From Anaerolineae bacterium (lineage in GTDB: Bacteria > Chloroflexota > Anaerolineae > Aggregatilineales > Aggregatilineaceae): 41,225 bases of DNA. A program made the position numbers and the translations under genes. Shown here one piece after another: positions 17,299 to 25,546 of the stretch. Location of the stretch: positions 1-41,225 of the forward strand of contig JAGPFT010000001.1 in the NCBI GenBank assembly GCA_018056405.1, in the 5' to 3' direction. Position 1 is the first letter of the stretch. Each line of letters begins with the position of its first letter. Under the pieces are notes generated by a model. That model made no database searches. It had not been told where the DNA came from and saw only the letters and a program-made list of their open reading frames with translations.

Positions 17299-18834
17299 TT
17301 ATGAAGACATGCTCTGGGCCAGCGCGTCGAAAGAGGGCTGCAAGGCCGGGTAAAGACCCCTGTACACGGTGAAGAGCCGGTCGTAACGCTCGGCATTCAC
17401 CGCGTTGGGGTGATCAACCGTCCGCGTCTTGATCAGAGACACGGCTTCTTGGGCGGAAGCCCACAGTCCGCAGGCAACGCCCGCGACGATCCCCGCGCCG
17501 ACCGCGCTGGCATCCTCGCTGTGATCGAGCGTCGTCACCGGGCGCTTGAAGATGTCCGCCTGAATCTGCCGCCACACGGCACTGGACGACCCGCCCCCCG
17601 AAGCGTGAATGCGGTCGGGTTGGGCGCTGTTGCGCAGGATCAGTTCCAGTACATCGCGCAGGCTGAAGGTTACGCCCTCCATCACGCTGCGCACCATGTC
17701 CGCTTTTGAGGTGTGCAGCCCAATGCCGACGAACGTCCCCCGCGCATGGACATTGGTATAGGGGCAGCGCTCGCCCTGCAAATAGGGCAGGAACAGCAGC
17801 CCATTGGCTCCAGCGGGAGAGAGCGCAGCCTGGCAGCCCAGCAGATCATAGGCGTCAGTCTGCAGGTCTCTGGCCAGCCTCCACTCCAGCCCGCCCAGCG
17901 TATCCCGGAACCATTTCAGCGAGTTGCCCGCCGACAGGGTGACGCCCATCGCCACCCAACGCTCCGGCACAACATGGCAGAACACCTGAAGATTGGCGTC
18001 CGGGTTGTCCACAGCGTAACGGGTGCTGACCGTGACATTACCGCCGGTGCCGATCACAATGAGCACCACGTCGCTGTTGATCGCGCCGCCGCCAATCGTC
18101 TGCATCACAGCGTCTCCGCCCCCCGCGATGACCGGCGTGCCCGGCAGGAGGCCGGTTTCGGCGGCGATAGCGCCACCGACGGTGCCGGTGAACTCGCCTG
18201 ACTCAAAGGCGGGCGGAAACCACTCGCCGGGGATGTCAAGCAAGTCCATCAGACGATAGGCCCACTGGCGGGCGCGCACATCGAACAGGCCGGTGCCCGA
18301 TGCATCTGAGACATCGGTCGCCCTGTCGCCAGTCAGACGAAAGCGGAGATAGTCCTTGGGCAGCAGAACGGTCGCGATCTGCCCGTAGATCGCGGGGTCG
18401 TGATCACGCAGCCAGAGAATCTTGCCACCGGTGTAGCCGGGCAGCATGGCGTTGTTGGTATGGGCCACCAACTTACCCTTGCCGCCCACCCGCTCGTAGA
18501 TCGCCTGGCACTGCGGCGCGCTGCGTTGGTCGTTCCACAGGATGGCGGGGCGCAAGACTCGCCCCTGCCTGTCCAGCGCGACAAGGCTGTGCATCTGCCC
18601 GCTGAGGCCGACGGCCTGGATGGCAGCGGGGTCGGCCTGCGCCACAACGCGCCGGATCGACTCCTTGACCGCTACCCACCAGTCTTCGGGCTGCTGCTCC
18701 GCCCACCCCGGCTGTGGCACAGCGACCGGATATTCGCTGGACACCTTCGCCAGCACGTTCAGGTCGCGGTCCAACAGCAGGGTCTTGCAGTTGGTGGTGC
18801 CAACATCAATGGCCAGGATTAACGAGTTACTCAC
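17299..18834 (-). CDS. FGGY-family pentulose kinase (xylulokinase-like)
   Basis: ILAIDVGTTNCKTLLLD, GWAEQQPEDWW, HASGGGSSSAVWRQIQADIF. GTG 18834 has GGAG 5 nt upstream. The longest ORF begins at TTG 18870, which forms a TTGA overlap with the LacI stop. Confidence 0.85.
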   Translation of the reverse strand: MSNSLILAIDVGTTNCKTLLLDRDLNVLAKVSSEYPVAVPQPGWAEQQPEDWWVAVKESIRRVVAQADPAAIQAVGLSGQMHSLVALDRQGRVLRPAILWNDQRSAPQCQAIYERVGGKGKLVAHTNNAMLPGYTGGKILWLRDHDPAIYGQIATVLLPKDYLRFRLTGDRATDVSDASGTGLFDVRARQWAYRLMDLLDIPGEWFPPAFESGEFTGTVGGAIAAETGLLPGTPVIAGGGDAVMQTIGGGAINSDVVLIVIGTGGNVTVSTRYAVDNPDANLQVFCHVVPERWVAMGVTLSAGNSLKWFRDTLGGLEWRLARDLQTDAYDLLGCQAALSPAGANGLLFLPYLQGERCPYTNVHARGTFVGIGLHTSKADMVRSVMEGVTFSLRDVLELILRNSAQPDRIHASGGGSSSAVWRQIQADIFKRPVTTLDHSEDASAVGAGIVAGVACGLWASAQEAVSLIKTRTVDHPNAVNAERYDRLFTVYRGLYPALQPSFDALAQSMSS

Positions 18835-18866
18835 AGCGACTCCGTTCTCAGGCGGCGCAGAGGCCC

Positions 18867-19871
18867 TCAAATCCGGCGGCAGGAACGGCGGATGATCAGG
18901 CTGTCGCGCAGTACGATCCTGTGCGGCGGCTGGCGGCGCTTGTTGATCAGGTCCACCAGCAGAATCATCGCCATGCTGCCGATCTCATAGCTGGGCTGGG
19001 CGATAGTGGTGAGCGTGATCATCGCCGAGCAGGGAATATCGTCGTAGCCGACAATGGAGATGTCGTCGGGAATCCGGTATCCCTTCTCCTCAAGGGCCTG
19101 GCTGGCACCGAAAGCCATCAGGTCATTGGAGGCAAACACCGCCGTGAAAGGAAGCTCATCCCGCTCCAGGAACTTCTGCATCAGGTGATAGGCCCCTTCC
19201 TGCGTGGTATCCGCGCAGACTACCATCTCTTCGCGGTAGGGGACGCCCAGTTCCTCCAGACCACGCCGGTAGCCCGCCAGGCGCGAGATGGACGTGCTGA
19301 AATGGGGCGGGCCGCAAATGAACAGGATGTCGCGGTGGCCCAGGTTGAGCAGGTAAGTGGTCGCCTGGTAAGCTCCTTCTTCGTTATTGGAGGTCACCGA
19401 GCAGATATTCTTCAGATTCACTTCACGATCCAGAAAGACAATCGGGAACTGGCGGTCCACCAGGTCTTTGACCAGCGGGTTCACCGATTCCAGGAACGGG
19501 ATGTAGATGATGCCATCCACACCCTGGTCTATGAGGTGCGTGAAGTGACGTTTTTCCGCCTCAAACGCGCCGTTGGCGTTGCAGAGAATGACCTCGGCAT
19601 CGTGCACGCGAGCCAGGGCAGTGATACCCTTGATTAGCAGGGGAAAGTATGGGTTGGTGATGTCGGGGATCACCAACCCGACCCGGAGTTCCTGCTTGTG
19701 CTGAGCGGTATTCTTTAGCTCGTAGTGCAGTTCCTCGATGGCCGCCAGCACAGCCTGGCGGTTGAACTCGCTGACCGAAGGCTCGTTGTTGATCACCCGC
19801 GAGACAGTGGCGACCGACACGCAAGCTCTTTCAGCAACGTCCTTCATGGTAGGGGTTTTGTGATTGGCCAT
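18867..19871 (-). CDS. LacI-family transcriptional regulator
   Basis: 334 aa. HTH TMKDVAERACVSVATVSRVIN and a sugar-binding effector domain (VGLVIPDITNPYF, IVGYDDI). Confidence 0.9.
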   Translation of the reverse strand: MANHKTPTMKDVAERACVSVATVSRVINNEPSVSEFNRQAVLAAIEELHYELKNTAQHKQELRVGLVIPDITNPYFPLLIKGITALARVHDAEVILCNANGAFEAEKRHFTHLIDQGVDGIIYIPFLESVNPLVKDLVDRQFPIVFLDREVNLKNICSVTSNNEEGAYQATTYLLNLGHRDILFICGPPHFSTSISRLAGYRRGLEELGVPYREEMVVCADTTQEGAYHLMQKFLERDELPFTAVFASNDLMAFGASQALEEKGYRIPDDISIVGYDDIPCSAMITLTTIAQPSYEIGSMAMILLVDLINKRRQPPHRIVLRDSLIIRRSCRRI

Positions 19872-20004
19872 AATCCCTCTGCACTGGCGCTGCGCGCGCT
19901 ATACCTGAGGAGTCTAGATAAAACCGCAAGGCCGGGCGCTCCCCGACAGCGACGCACTGCCGGCAAGCCGTCGCACAGATTGCTCGCCCAGCCGCTATAA
20001 GAGG

Positions 20005-20152
20005 CCGTTTGAGAAGCCTTATACTTGCCTCTTCCCCTCATCCCCAGCCCTTCCCCCACGAGAGGGGAAGGGAGAAGTTCGTTGACCCTAAGCCCCTCCC
20101 TCCTTGTGGGGGAGGGGTTTGAGGTGGGGGGAAAAAACAGCTTCTCAAATGG
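20005..20152. mobile_element. MITE-like 148-bp element with 13-nt terminal inverted repeats, carrying two hairpin/G-tract units
   Basis: Left end CCGTTTGAGAAGC (20005-20017); right end GCTTCTCAAATGG (20140-20152), 12/13 complementary. Inside are an inverted unit CCCTTCCCC-cacgaga-GGGGAAGGG (20048-20072) with a C-rich tail, and CCCCTCCC...GGGAGGGG (20093-20117) with a G tail. No coding capacity. Confidence 0.55.
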
Positions 20153-20161
20153 TCTCTAAAG

Positions 20162-20839
20162 TTACCACACATACTTCTTATAATCGTTCACCAGCAGGTA
20201 GGATGGCTCCTCGTCCTCAATGATCTGCGGGAAGCGCGGCTGGTCTTCGTAGAATACGTTGTCGGTCTGATCGTCATTCACCGAACTGACCTCGCCCACC
20301 AAGACGGTGCCCGCTCCGGCCTCACCATAGAACTTGTGGAAGACGCCCGGCTCCAGAAAGATGCTCTCGCCGGGTGTCAGCACAACCTTGCCGCTCGCGG
20401 GAACCGTCCGCGCAATGGAGTCAATGCGCACAGTCACCGGTTTGTCAGTCAGGCGGAAGTCGCCATCGCCCAGGAACAGTTCGATAACCAGGTTGCCGCC
20501 GCCCCGGTTGATGATGTCCTCCAGTTTGAGGCGGTGGGTGTGCAGGGGCGTCACCTGATTTTCCTCGACGATGAGCACCTTCTCGCAGTAGGCTTTGCGC
20601 GTCTTGTGGACGATGCCATTGCGCAAATTGAAATTAGTCAGGCCGACGCGCTCGAAGTCCCCGCTGCCGAAGTCCGTAATGTCCCAGCCCAGTCCACAGG
20701 CCACGATCTCGGCCACTTCGTCACCTTTGCCGCGCCACTGGTCGGGCGACCAGTACGCCCAGGGCGGCAGCGGGAACTGCCTGGCTTGCAGGAAAGCGAT
20801 GGCGTGGGCGATAGCCCGGTTGATCTCACTGCGTTTCAT
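20162..20839 (-). CDS. D-lyxose/D-mannose ketol-isomerase-family cupin (long form, 225 aa)
   Basis: MKRSEINRAIAHAIAFLQARQF...WDITDFGSGDF...VTPLHTHRLKLEDIINRGGG...PGVFHKFYGE fits the Lyx_isomer cupin family. ATG 20839 is preceded by GGAGGAG. The 20840-20941 extension in the ORF track has no family counterpart. Confidence 0.7.
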   Translation of the reverse strand: MKRSEINRAIAHAIAFLQARQFPLPPWAYWSPDQWRGKGDEVAEIVACGLGWDITDFGSGDFERVGLTNFNLRNGIVHKTRKAYCEKVLIVEENQVTPLHTHRLKLEDIINRGGGNLVIELFLGDGDFRLTDKPVTVRIDSIARTVPASGKVVLTPGESIFLEPGVFHKFYGEAGAGTVLVGEVSSVNDDQTDNVFYEDQPRFPQIIEDEEPSYLLVNDYKKYVW

Positions 20840-20954
20840 GAGCGCACTCCTCCGGCGGACGCCGATACTCGAGACGATAAGCCCTATGGCCGGTTCTCCT
20901 CGGTATGCTTTCATTGTATGCAAAGCAGGGATCGAAATCAAGTAACATTGTGAT

Positions 20955-20969
20955 AATTTTCAGAAAATT
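20955..20969. promoter_or_regulatory. Perfect 15-bp palindrome AATTTTCaGAAAATT in the AT-rich divergent control region (candidate operator)
   Basis: 7+1+7 palindrome. A further inverted pair GAGAAAT...ATTTCTC lies at 20980-21004. GAAAATTG (20963-20970) is complementary to CAATTTTC (21026-21033). Confidence 0.35.
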
Positions 20970-21021
20970 GAGATTGGTTGAGAAATATACTATTTCAATT
21001 TCTCCAAGTTACGCAAATTGA

Positions 21022-21050
21022 TTGACAATTTTCCTGAGTTCGTTTTAAAT
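21022..21050 (+). promoter_or_regulatory. Candidate promoter TTGACA-17-TTAAAT for the transketolase/ABC operon
   Basis: TTGACA at 21022-21027, a 17-nt spacer, TTAAAT at 21045-21050, about 50 nt upstream of ATG 21099. Confidence 0.5.
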
Positions 21051-21098
21051 AGAAGATGAAGCCAATCACCATTAGCGTGCCTAGCACCAAGGACTGCC

Positions 21099-22007
21099 AT
21101 GCCAGCATCCTCCAACAAGAGACCGCTGGACCCGGCTGCCGATGCCGCGCTGCTGCGCGAGCTAAAGCTGGCGGCGATCCAGCAGCGGCGCAAGCTGCTC
21201 GCCCTGGGGCGCACCCTGCGCATCCGCCTGCATTATGGCGCGACGATGAGCAGCGTGGAGATTCTGACTGCGCTGTACAGGGTGTGGCTGCGCATTGATC
21301 CAGAGAATGCGGGCTGGCCGGAACGTGATCGCTTCGTCTTGAGCAAGGGCCACGCTGCCCCGGCTCTCTATGTGACCCTGGCCATGCGCGGCTTCTTCCC
21401 TGAAGACGAGTTCGCCAATTTCCGGCGGCTGCACAGTATCCTGCAGGGACATCCCGACCGCAACAAGACCCCCGGCGTGGACTGCTCGACCGGCTCGTTG
21501 GGTCAGGGTTTTCCGGTAGCGTGCGGGATGGCCCTCGGCGCGAAGGCTGACCACGCCCCCTTCCGCGTCTATACGCTGATCAGTGATGGCGAGTGCAACG
21601 AGGGATCGGTCTGGGAAGCAGCCCTCATCGCCGCCAACCTGAAGCTGGACACCCTGACTGTGCTGGTGGACTGGAACCGCAAGTCATCCTATGGGCCGAT
21701 GGAGGGCCGCAACGACATCGAGCCGCTGGCCGACAAGTGGCGCGCCTTTGGCTGGGCCGTGTTCGAGTGCGATGGCCATGACTTCGTGTCGCTCACGCGC
21801 GCACTGGCGGCAGCAGAACGAGTCAGCGGCAGGCCGGTGGTGCTGCTCTGCCACACTGTCAAGGGCAAAGGGATTCCCTTCGCCGAGACGCACCCGACGC
21901 GCTCCAATTTCGCGTTGACGCCTGAGCAAGACCAGGAAGCCGTTGCCTATCTGGACACTCTAGAGACGGAAATCACGGATGAGTCCTTCGCCCCAAGACA
22001 TCACTGA
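21099..22007 (+). CDS. Transketolase, N-terminal (TPP/pyrophosphate-binding) subunit of a split enzyme
   Basis: 302 aa. SKGHAAPALY, GHPDRNKTPGVDCSTGSLGQGFP, TPP motif ISDGECNEGSVWEA. Confidence 0.88.
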   Translation: MPASSNKRPLDPAADAALLRELKLAAIQQRRKLLALGRTLRIRLHYGATMSSVEILTALYRVWLRIDPENAGWPERDRFVLSKGHAAPALYVTLAMRGFFPEDEFANFRRLHSILQGHPDRNKTPGVDCSTGSLGQGFPVACGMALGAKADHAPFRVYTLISDGECNEGSVWEAALIAANLKLDTLTVLVDWNRKSSYGPMEGRNDIEPLADKWRAFGWAVFECDGHDFVSLTRALAAAERVSGRPVVLLCHTVKGKGIPFAETHPTRSNFALTPEQDQEAVAYLDTLETEITDESFAPRHH

Positions 22008-22920
22008 AGCCTACAGCGAGGCTCTGGTAGAGGTAGGTGCAGCCTACCCCAACGTGTTCGTCCTGGATGCGGACATCGCCGATTCGTGCCGCACCGAGCC
22101 ATTCTACAAAGCCTTCCCTGATCGCGCCTTCGATCTGGGGGTCGCCGAGCAAAGCCTGCCGACCATCGCCGCCGGGCTGGCGCTCGTCGGCAAAATCCCC
22201 TTCTACAACAGCTTCGCCGTATTCGCCGTCTCGCGGGGCGTGGACATGATCCGCCAGTCGGTGGCCTACAACCGCGCCAACGTCAAGATCGTGGGCCACG
22301 CAGCGGGCCAGTCAATGGGCTACACCGGCCCCAGCCATCACACCCTGGAAGACTTCGCCATCCTGCGGTCGCTTCCTCACCTGGTGATTCTCAGCCCGTG
22401 CGACGCGGTCGAGGCTCGGCAGATGGTCTGGGCGATGGCCGAGCACGACGGGCCGATGTACCTGCGCCTGGTTCGCGCAGCGGTGCCTCATGTCCACGCG
22501 CCGGATTACCGATTTGTGATCGGGCGGACGGAACGGCTGCGCGAAGGGGGCGATCTCTCGATCTTCGTCACGGGCGATCTGGTCGTGCTGGCGCTGGAAC
22601 TGCATGACGCGCTGCGCGCCCAGGGAATCAGCGCCCAGGTCGTCAACGTGCCCACGCTCAAGCCACTGCCTGCCGAGGAGATCGTCAGACACGGCAGCCT
22701 GACCAAGGGCGCGCTCACCCTCGAAGACCATAACATCTTCGGCGGGCTGGGCAGCGCAGTGGCGGAGATCTACGCGGAGCACCTGCGCAAGCCGGTGAAG
22801 CGGTTGGGCATTCCCGACACGTTCACCGAATCGGACGACGTTGCTGTCCTGCGCAGTGCCTACGGCATTAACCTGAACCATGCTCTACAGCAGGCGGCCA
22901 GCATCTTGAACAGGAAGTAG
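21979..22920 (+). CDS. Transketolase, C-terminal (pyrimidine-binding) subunit of a split enzyme
   Basis: 313 aa, overlapping the N-subunit gene by 29 nt. EAYSEALVEVGAAYPNVFVLDADI, DLGVAEQSL, GPSHHTLEDFAILRSLP. Confidence 0.88.
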   Translation: MSPSPQDITEAYSEALVEVGAAYPNVFVLDADIADSCRTEPFYKAFPDRAFDLGVAEQSLPTIAAGLALVGKIPFYNSFAVFAVSRGVDMIRQSVAYNRANVKIVGHAAGQSMGYTGPSHHTLEDFAILRSLPHLVILSPCDAVEARQMVWAMAEHDGPMYLRLVRAAVPHVHAPDYRFVIGRTERLREGGDLSIFVTGDLVVLALELHDALRAQGISAQVVNVPTLKPLPAEEIVRHGSLTKGALTLEDHNIFGGLGSAVAEIYAEHLRKPVKRLGIPDTFTESDDVAVLRSAYGINLNHALQQAASILNRK

Positions 22921-23020
22921 CAAAGGAGGAGAGACGGAGGCGACACATACGTGCGATCAGCCGGCGAGTTTTTCTCCCTTACGGCGTTCATCTTAAGAAA
23001 GTGACGAGGAGATCAAGACA

Positions 23021-24874
23021 ATGAAGAAGTACCTCATTCTAGTGGCAGTCCTGTGTTTGGGGATGGCTCCCCTCCTGGCTGGCGTGCAGGCATCCCCGGC
23101 CCGCGCGCAAGAAGATTACACTATCGGCATTGTGCTGAAGTCGTTCTCCAATCCCTTCTGGCTGATGGCCAAGGCCGCCGCTGAAGCCGAAGCCGAACGG
23201 CTGGGCGTCGAAGCCATCGTGCTCGGCATCACCGAGGAAGGCGACTACGCTGAGCAGGTGGCCCAGATCGAAAACCTGGTGGCGCGCGGCGCTGACCTGA
23301 TCGTGGTCGTCCCGGCGGAGGCTTCGGCCCTGGTACCGGCGGTCGAGGCGGCTATCGAGCAGGGCGTGCCGGTCATCAACCTCGACTCGCCCATCGAGAC
23401 GGATAAGGTCGTCAGCTACATCGGCAGCGATAACGTCGAGGGCGGACGCATGGCCGGCCACTTCATCGCCGAGCAGTTGGGCGGCGAAGGCAAGGTCGCC
23501 GTGCTGCGCGGACGCCTGGGCAACCCCGTTGAACTCCAGCGCTACACCGGCTTCACCGAAGCCCTGGCTGAGTACCCCGGCCTTGAACTGGTCGCTGAGG
23601 GCGTCGCTAACTGGGAAGCTGACCAGGGCTACACCGTCATGGAAGACTTCCTCACCGCTCACCCGGACATCCAGGCCGTCTTCGCTGAGTCCGACCGCAT
23701 GATCCTCGGCGCAGCCCAGGCCGCCGCCGCTGCCAACCGCGACGACATCATCCTCGTCGGGTTGGATGGCATCGTCGAAGCCCTGCGCGCCGTCGCCGAT
23801 GGCACCATCTCCGCTGACGTGGCTCAGCGCCCTGACCTGATGGGCGAGTACGCCGTCAAGTACGGCCTCGAATTCCTGCAGACGGGCAAGATTGACCCGG
23901 TCATCACCACCCCCATGACCCTCGCCTTGCCCGATAACGTCGAACCCCTCATCGCTGCCTGGGAAGCCCTGGGCTTCACCGAGCCTGGTGAAGGGAAGCC
24001 AGCCGAAGACTTCACCATCGGCATTGTGCTGAAGTCGTTCTCCAATCCCTTCTGGCTGATGGCCAAGACCGCCGCTGAAGCCGAAGCCGAACGGCTGGGC
24101 GTCGAAGCCATCGTGCTCGGCATCACCGAGGAAGGCAACTACGCTGAGCAGGTGGCTCAGATCGAGGACCTGGTGGCGCGCGGCGCTGACCTGATCGTGG
24201 TCGTCCCGGCGGAGGCTTCGGCCCTGGTACCGGCGGTCGAGGCGGCTATCGAGCAGGGCGTGCCGGTCATCAACCTCGACTCGCCCATCGAGACGGATAA
24301 GGTCGTCAGCTACATCGGCAGCGATAACGTCGAGGGCGGACGCATGGCCGGCCACTTCATCGCCGAGCAGTTGGGCGGCGAAGGCAAGGTCGCCGTGCTG
24401 CGCGGACGCCTGGGCAACCCCGTTGAACTCCAGCGCTACACCGGCTTCACCGAAGCCCTGGCTGAGTACCCCGGCCTTGAACTGGTCGCTGAGGGCGTCG
24501 CTAACTGGGAAGCTGACCAGGGCTACACCGTCATGGAAGACTTCCTCACCGCTCACCCGGACATCCAGGCCGTCTTCGCTGAGTCCGACCGCATGATCCT
24601 CGGCGCAGCCCAGGCCGCCGCCGCTGCCAACCGCGACGACATCATCCTCGTCGGGTTGGATGGCATCGTCGAAGCCCTGCGCGCCGTCGCCGATGGCACC
24701 ATCTCCGCTGACGTGGCTCAGCGCCCTGACCTGATGGGCGAGTATGCCGTCAAGTACGGCCTCGAATTCCTGCAGACGGGCAAGATTGACCCGGTCATCA
24801 CCACCCCCATGACCCTCGCCTTGCCCGATAACGTCGAACCCCTCATCGCTGCCTGGGAAGCCCTGGGGTTCTAG
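23021..24874 (+). CDS. Sugar ABC transporter substrate-binding protein (ribose-binding-protein fold) with two tandem, near-identical binding domains
   Basis: 617 aa. Signal peptide MKKYLILVAVLCLGMAPLLAGVQASPARA, then two 289-aa copies of TIGIVLKSFSNPFWLMAK...VINLDSPI...YIGSDNVEGGRMAG...VAQRPDLMG joined by TEPGEGKPA. GAGGAG lies 9 nt upstream. Confidence 0.85.
   Translation: MKKYLILVAVLCLGMAPLLAGVQASPARAQEDYTIGIVLKSFSNPFWLMAKAAAEAEAERLGVEAIVLGITEEGDYAEQVAQIENLVARGADLIVVVPAEASALVPAVEAAIEQGVPVINLDSPIETDKVVSYIGSDNVEGGRMAGHFIAEQLGGEGKVAVLRGRLGNPVELQRYTGFTEALAEYPGLELVAEGVANWEADQGYTVMEDFLTAHPDIQAVFAESDRMILGAAQAAAAANRDDIILVGLDGIVEALRAVADGTISADVAQRPDLMGEYAVKYGLEFLQTGKIDPVITTPMTLALPDNVEPLIAAWEALGFTEPGEGKPAEDFTIGIVLKSFSNPFWLMAKTAAEAEAERLGVEAIVLGITEEGNYAEQVAQIEDLVARGADLIVVVPAEASALVPAVEAAIEQGVPVINLDSPIETDKVVSYIGSDNVEGGRMAGHFIAEQLGGEGKVAVLRGRLGNPVELQRYTGFTEALAEYPGLELVAEGVANWEADQGYTVMEDFLTAHPDIQAVFAESDRMILGAAQAAAAANRDDIILVGLDGIVEALRAVADGTISADVAQRPDLMGEYAVKYGLEFLQTGKIDPVITTPMTLALPDNVEPLIAAWEALGF
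23111..24871 (+). repeat. Tandem direct duplication, period 894 bp (copy 1 at 23111-23977, copy 2 at 24005-24871, 27-nt linker)
   Basis: By eye there are about 10 nucleotide differences in 867 bp, and 8 of them lie in the first ~165 nt of the unit. About 570 nt (23276-23847 versus 24170-24741) are identical. The duplication is in frame. Confidence 0.95.
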
Positions 24875-24890
24875 AATCACCCACCCTGAT

Positions 24891-24922
24891 TGCCTGCTGG
24901 CCCGTTATGCGACCAGCAGGCA
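24891..24922 (+). terminator. 10-bp hairpin after the SBP gene (intra-operon attenuator or mRNA stabiliser)
   Basis: TGCCTGCTGG-cccgttatgcga-CCAGCAGGCA. There is no U-tract. Confidence 0.4.
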
Positions 24923-24988
24923 GTCCTCTCACCATGGCAGTGAGCCGGGAAAAGTATCTTTCCAAGTTTTCAAGGAGAGGCACAGCAG

Positions 24989-25534
24989 ATGGCTATCAGC
25001 CGAGCCGAGTATGAAGCGGCGCGCAATCGCACCCTGGAAACCTATCAACGCGCTGCTATCACGATCACCGCAGCCGAGAAGGACGCCCTCGAGGTGGCAG
25101 ATTTCGGGCTGGGTGAACTGGAGCAGATCGGCGTTGAGCTGGTCACTTATATCAACACCGGGCGCGTGTGCGCCAAGGAAGTCGTCCTGTTTCCGGGCCA
25201 GATCTGCCCGCAGCACCGTCACCCGGCAGTTGGCGATCAGCCAGGGAAAGAAGAGACGTTCCGCTGTCGGTGGGGCAAGGTGTACCTGTATGTCGAAGGC
25301 CCCGCCACGACTCAGCCGCAGGCGACCGTGCCCGCCCATCGGCGGGCGCACTTCACCGTCTGGCACGAGATCATCCTGGAGCCGGGCGATCAGCACACAG
25401 TACCCCCTAACACACTGCATTGGTTCCAGGGCGGGCCAGAGGGCGCAGTGCTGTCCGAGTTCTCCACGCCCAGCACAGACTCCGCCGACATCTTCACCGA
25501 TCCTGATATCACCAGGCAGCCGGTGATATACTGA
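24989..25534 (+). CDS. D-lyxose/D-mannose ketol-isomerase-family cupin (short form, 181 aa)
   Basis: VADFGLGELEQIGVELVTYINTGRVCAKEVVLFPGQICPQHRHP...GKEETFRCRWGKVYLY...HWFQGG...STDSADIFTDP fits the short Lyx_isomer cupins. AAGGAGAGG lies upstream. Confidence 0.65.
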   Translation: MAISRAEYEAARNRTLETYQRAAITITAAEKDALEVADFGLGELEQIGVELVTYINTGRVCAKEVVLFPGQICPQHRHPAVGDQPGKEETFRCRWGKVYLYVEGPATTQPQATVPAHRRAHFTVWHEIILEPGDQHTVPPNTLHWFQGGPEGAVLSEFSTPSTDSADIFTDPDITRQPVIY

Positions 25535-25546
25535 CCGACAGCGCCA

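Noticed and set aside
20840-20941. 34-aa N-terminal extension of the long lyxose-isomerase-family ORF
   Set aside because: Family-like sequence begins at MKRSEINRA (ATG 20839), which has a strong GGAGGAG site. The extension has no ribosome-binding site and would run into the AT-rich promoter region.
21056-21298. Alternative 80-aa ORF starting at ATG 21056 upstream of the transketolase gene
   Set aside because: It is in a different reading frame from the transketolase N-subunit, and its translation is Ala/Arg-rich. The ATG sits at the predicted transcription start of the TTGACA/TTAAAT promoter.
23039-24880. 613-aa ORF on the minus strand with an internal repeat
   Set aside because: It is antisense to the duplicated SBP gene, and its internal repeat merely mirrors the 894-bp duplication. 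The composition (G/D/A/H-rich) is not protein-like, and the plus-strand product has clear family motifs and a signal peptide.
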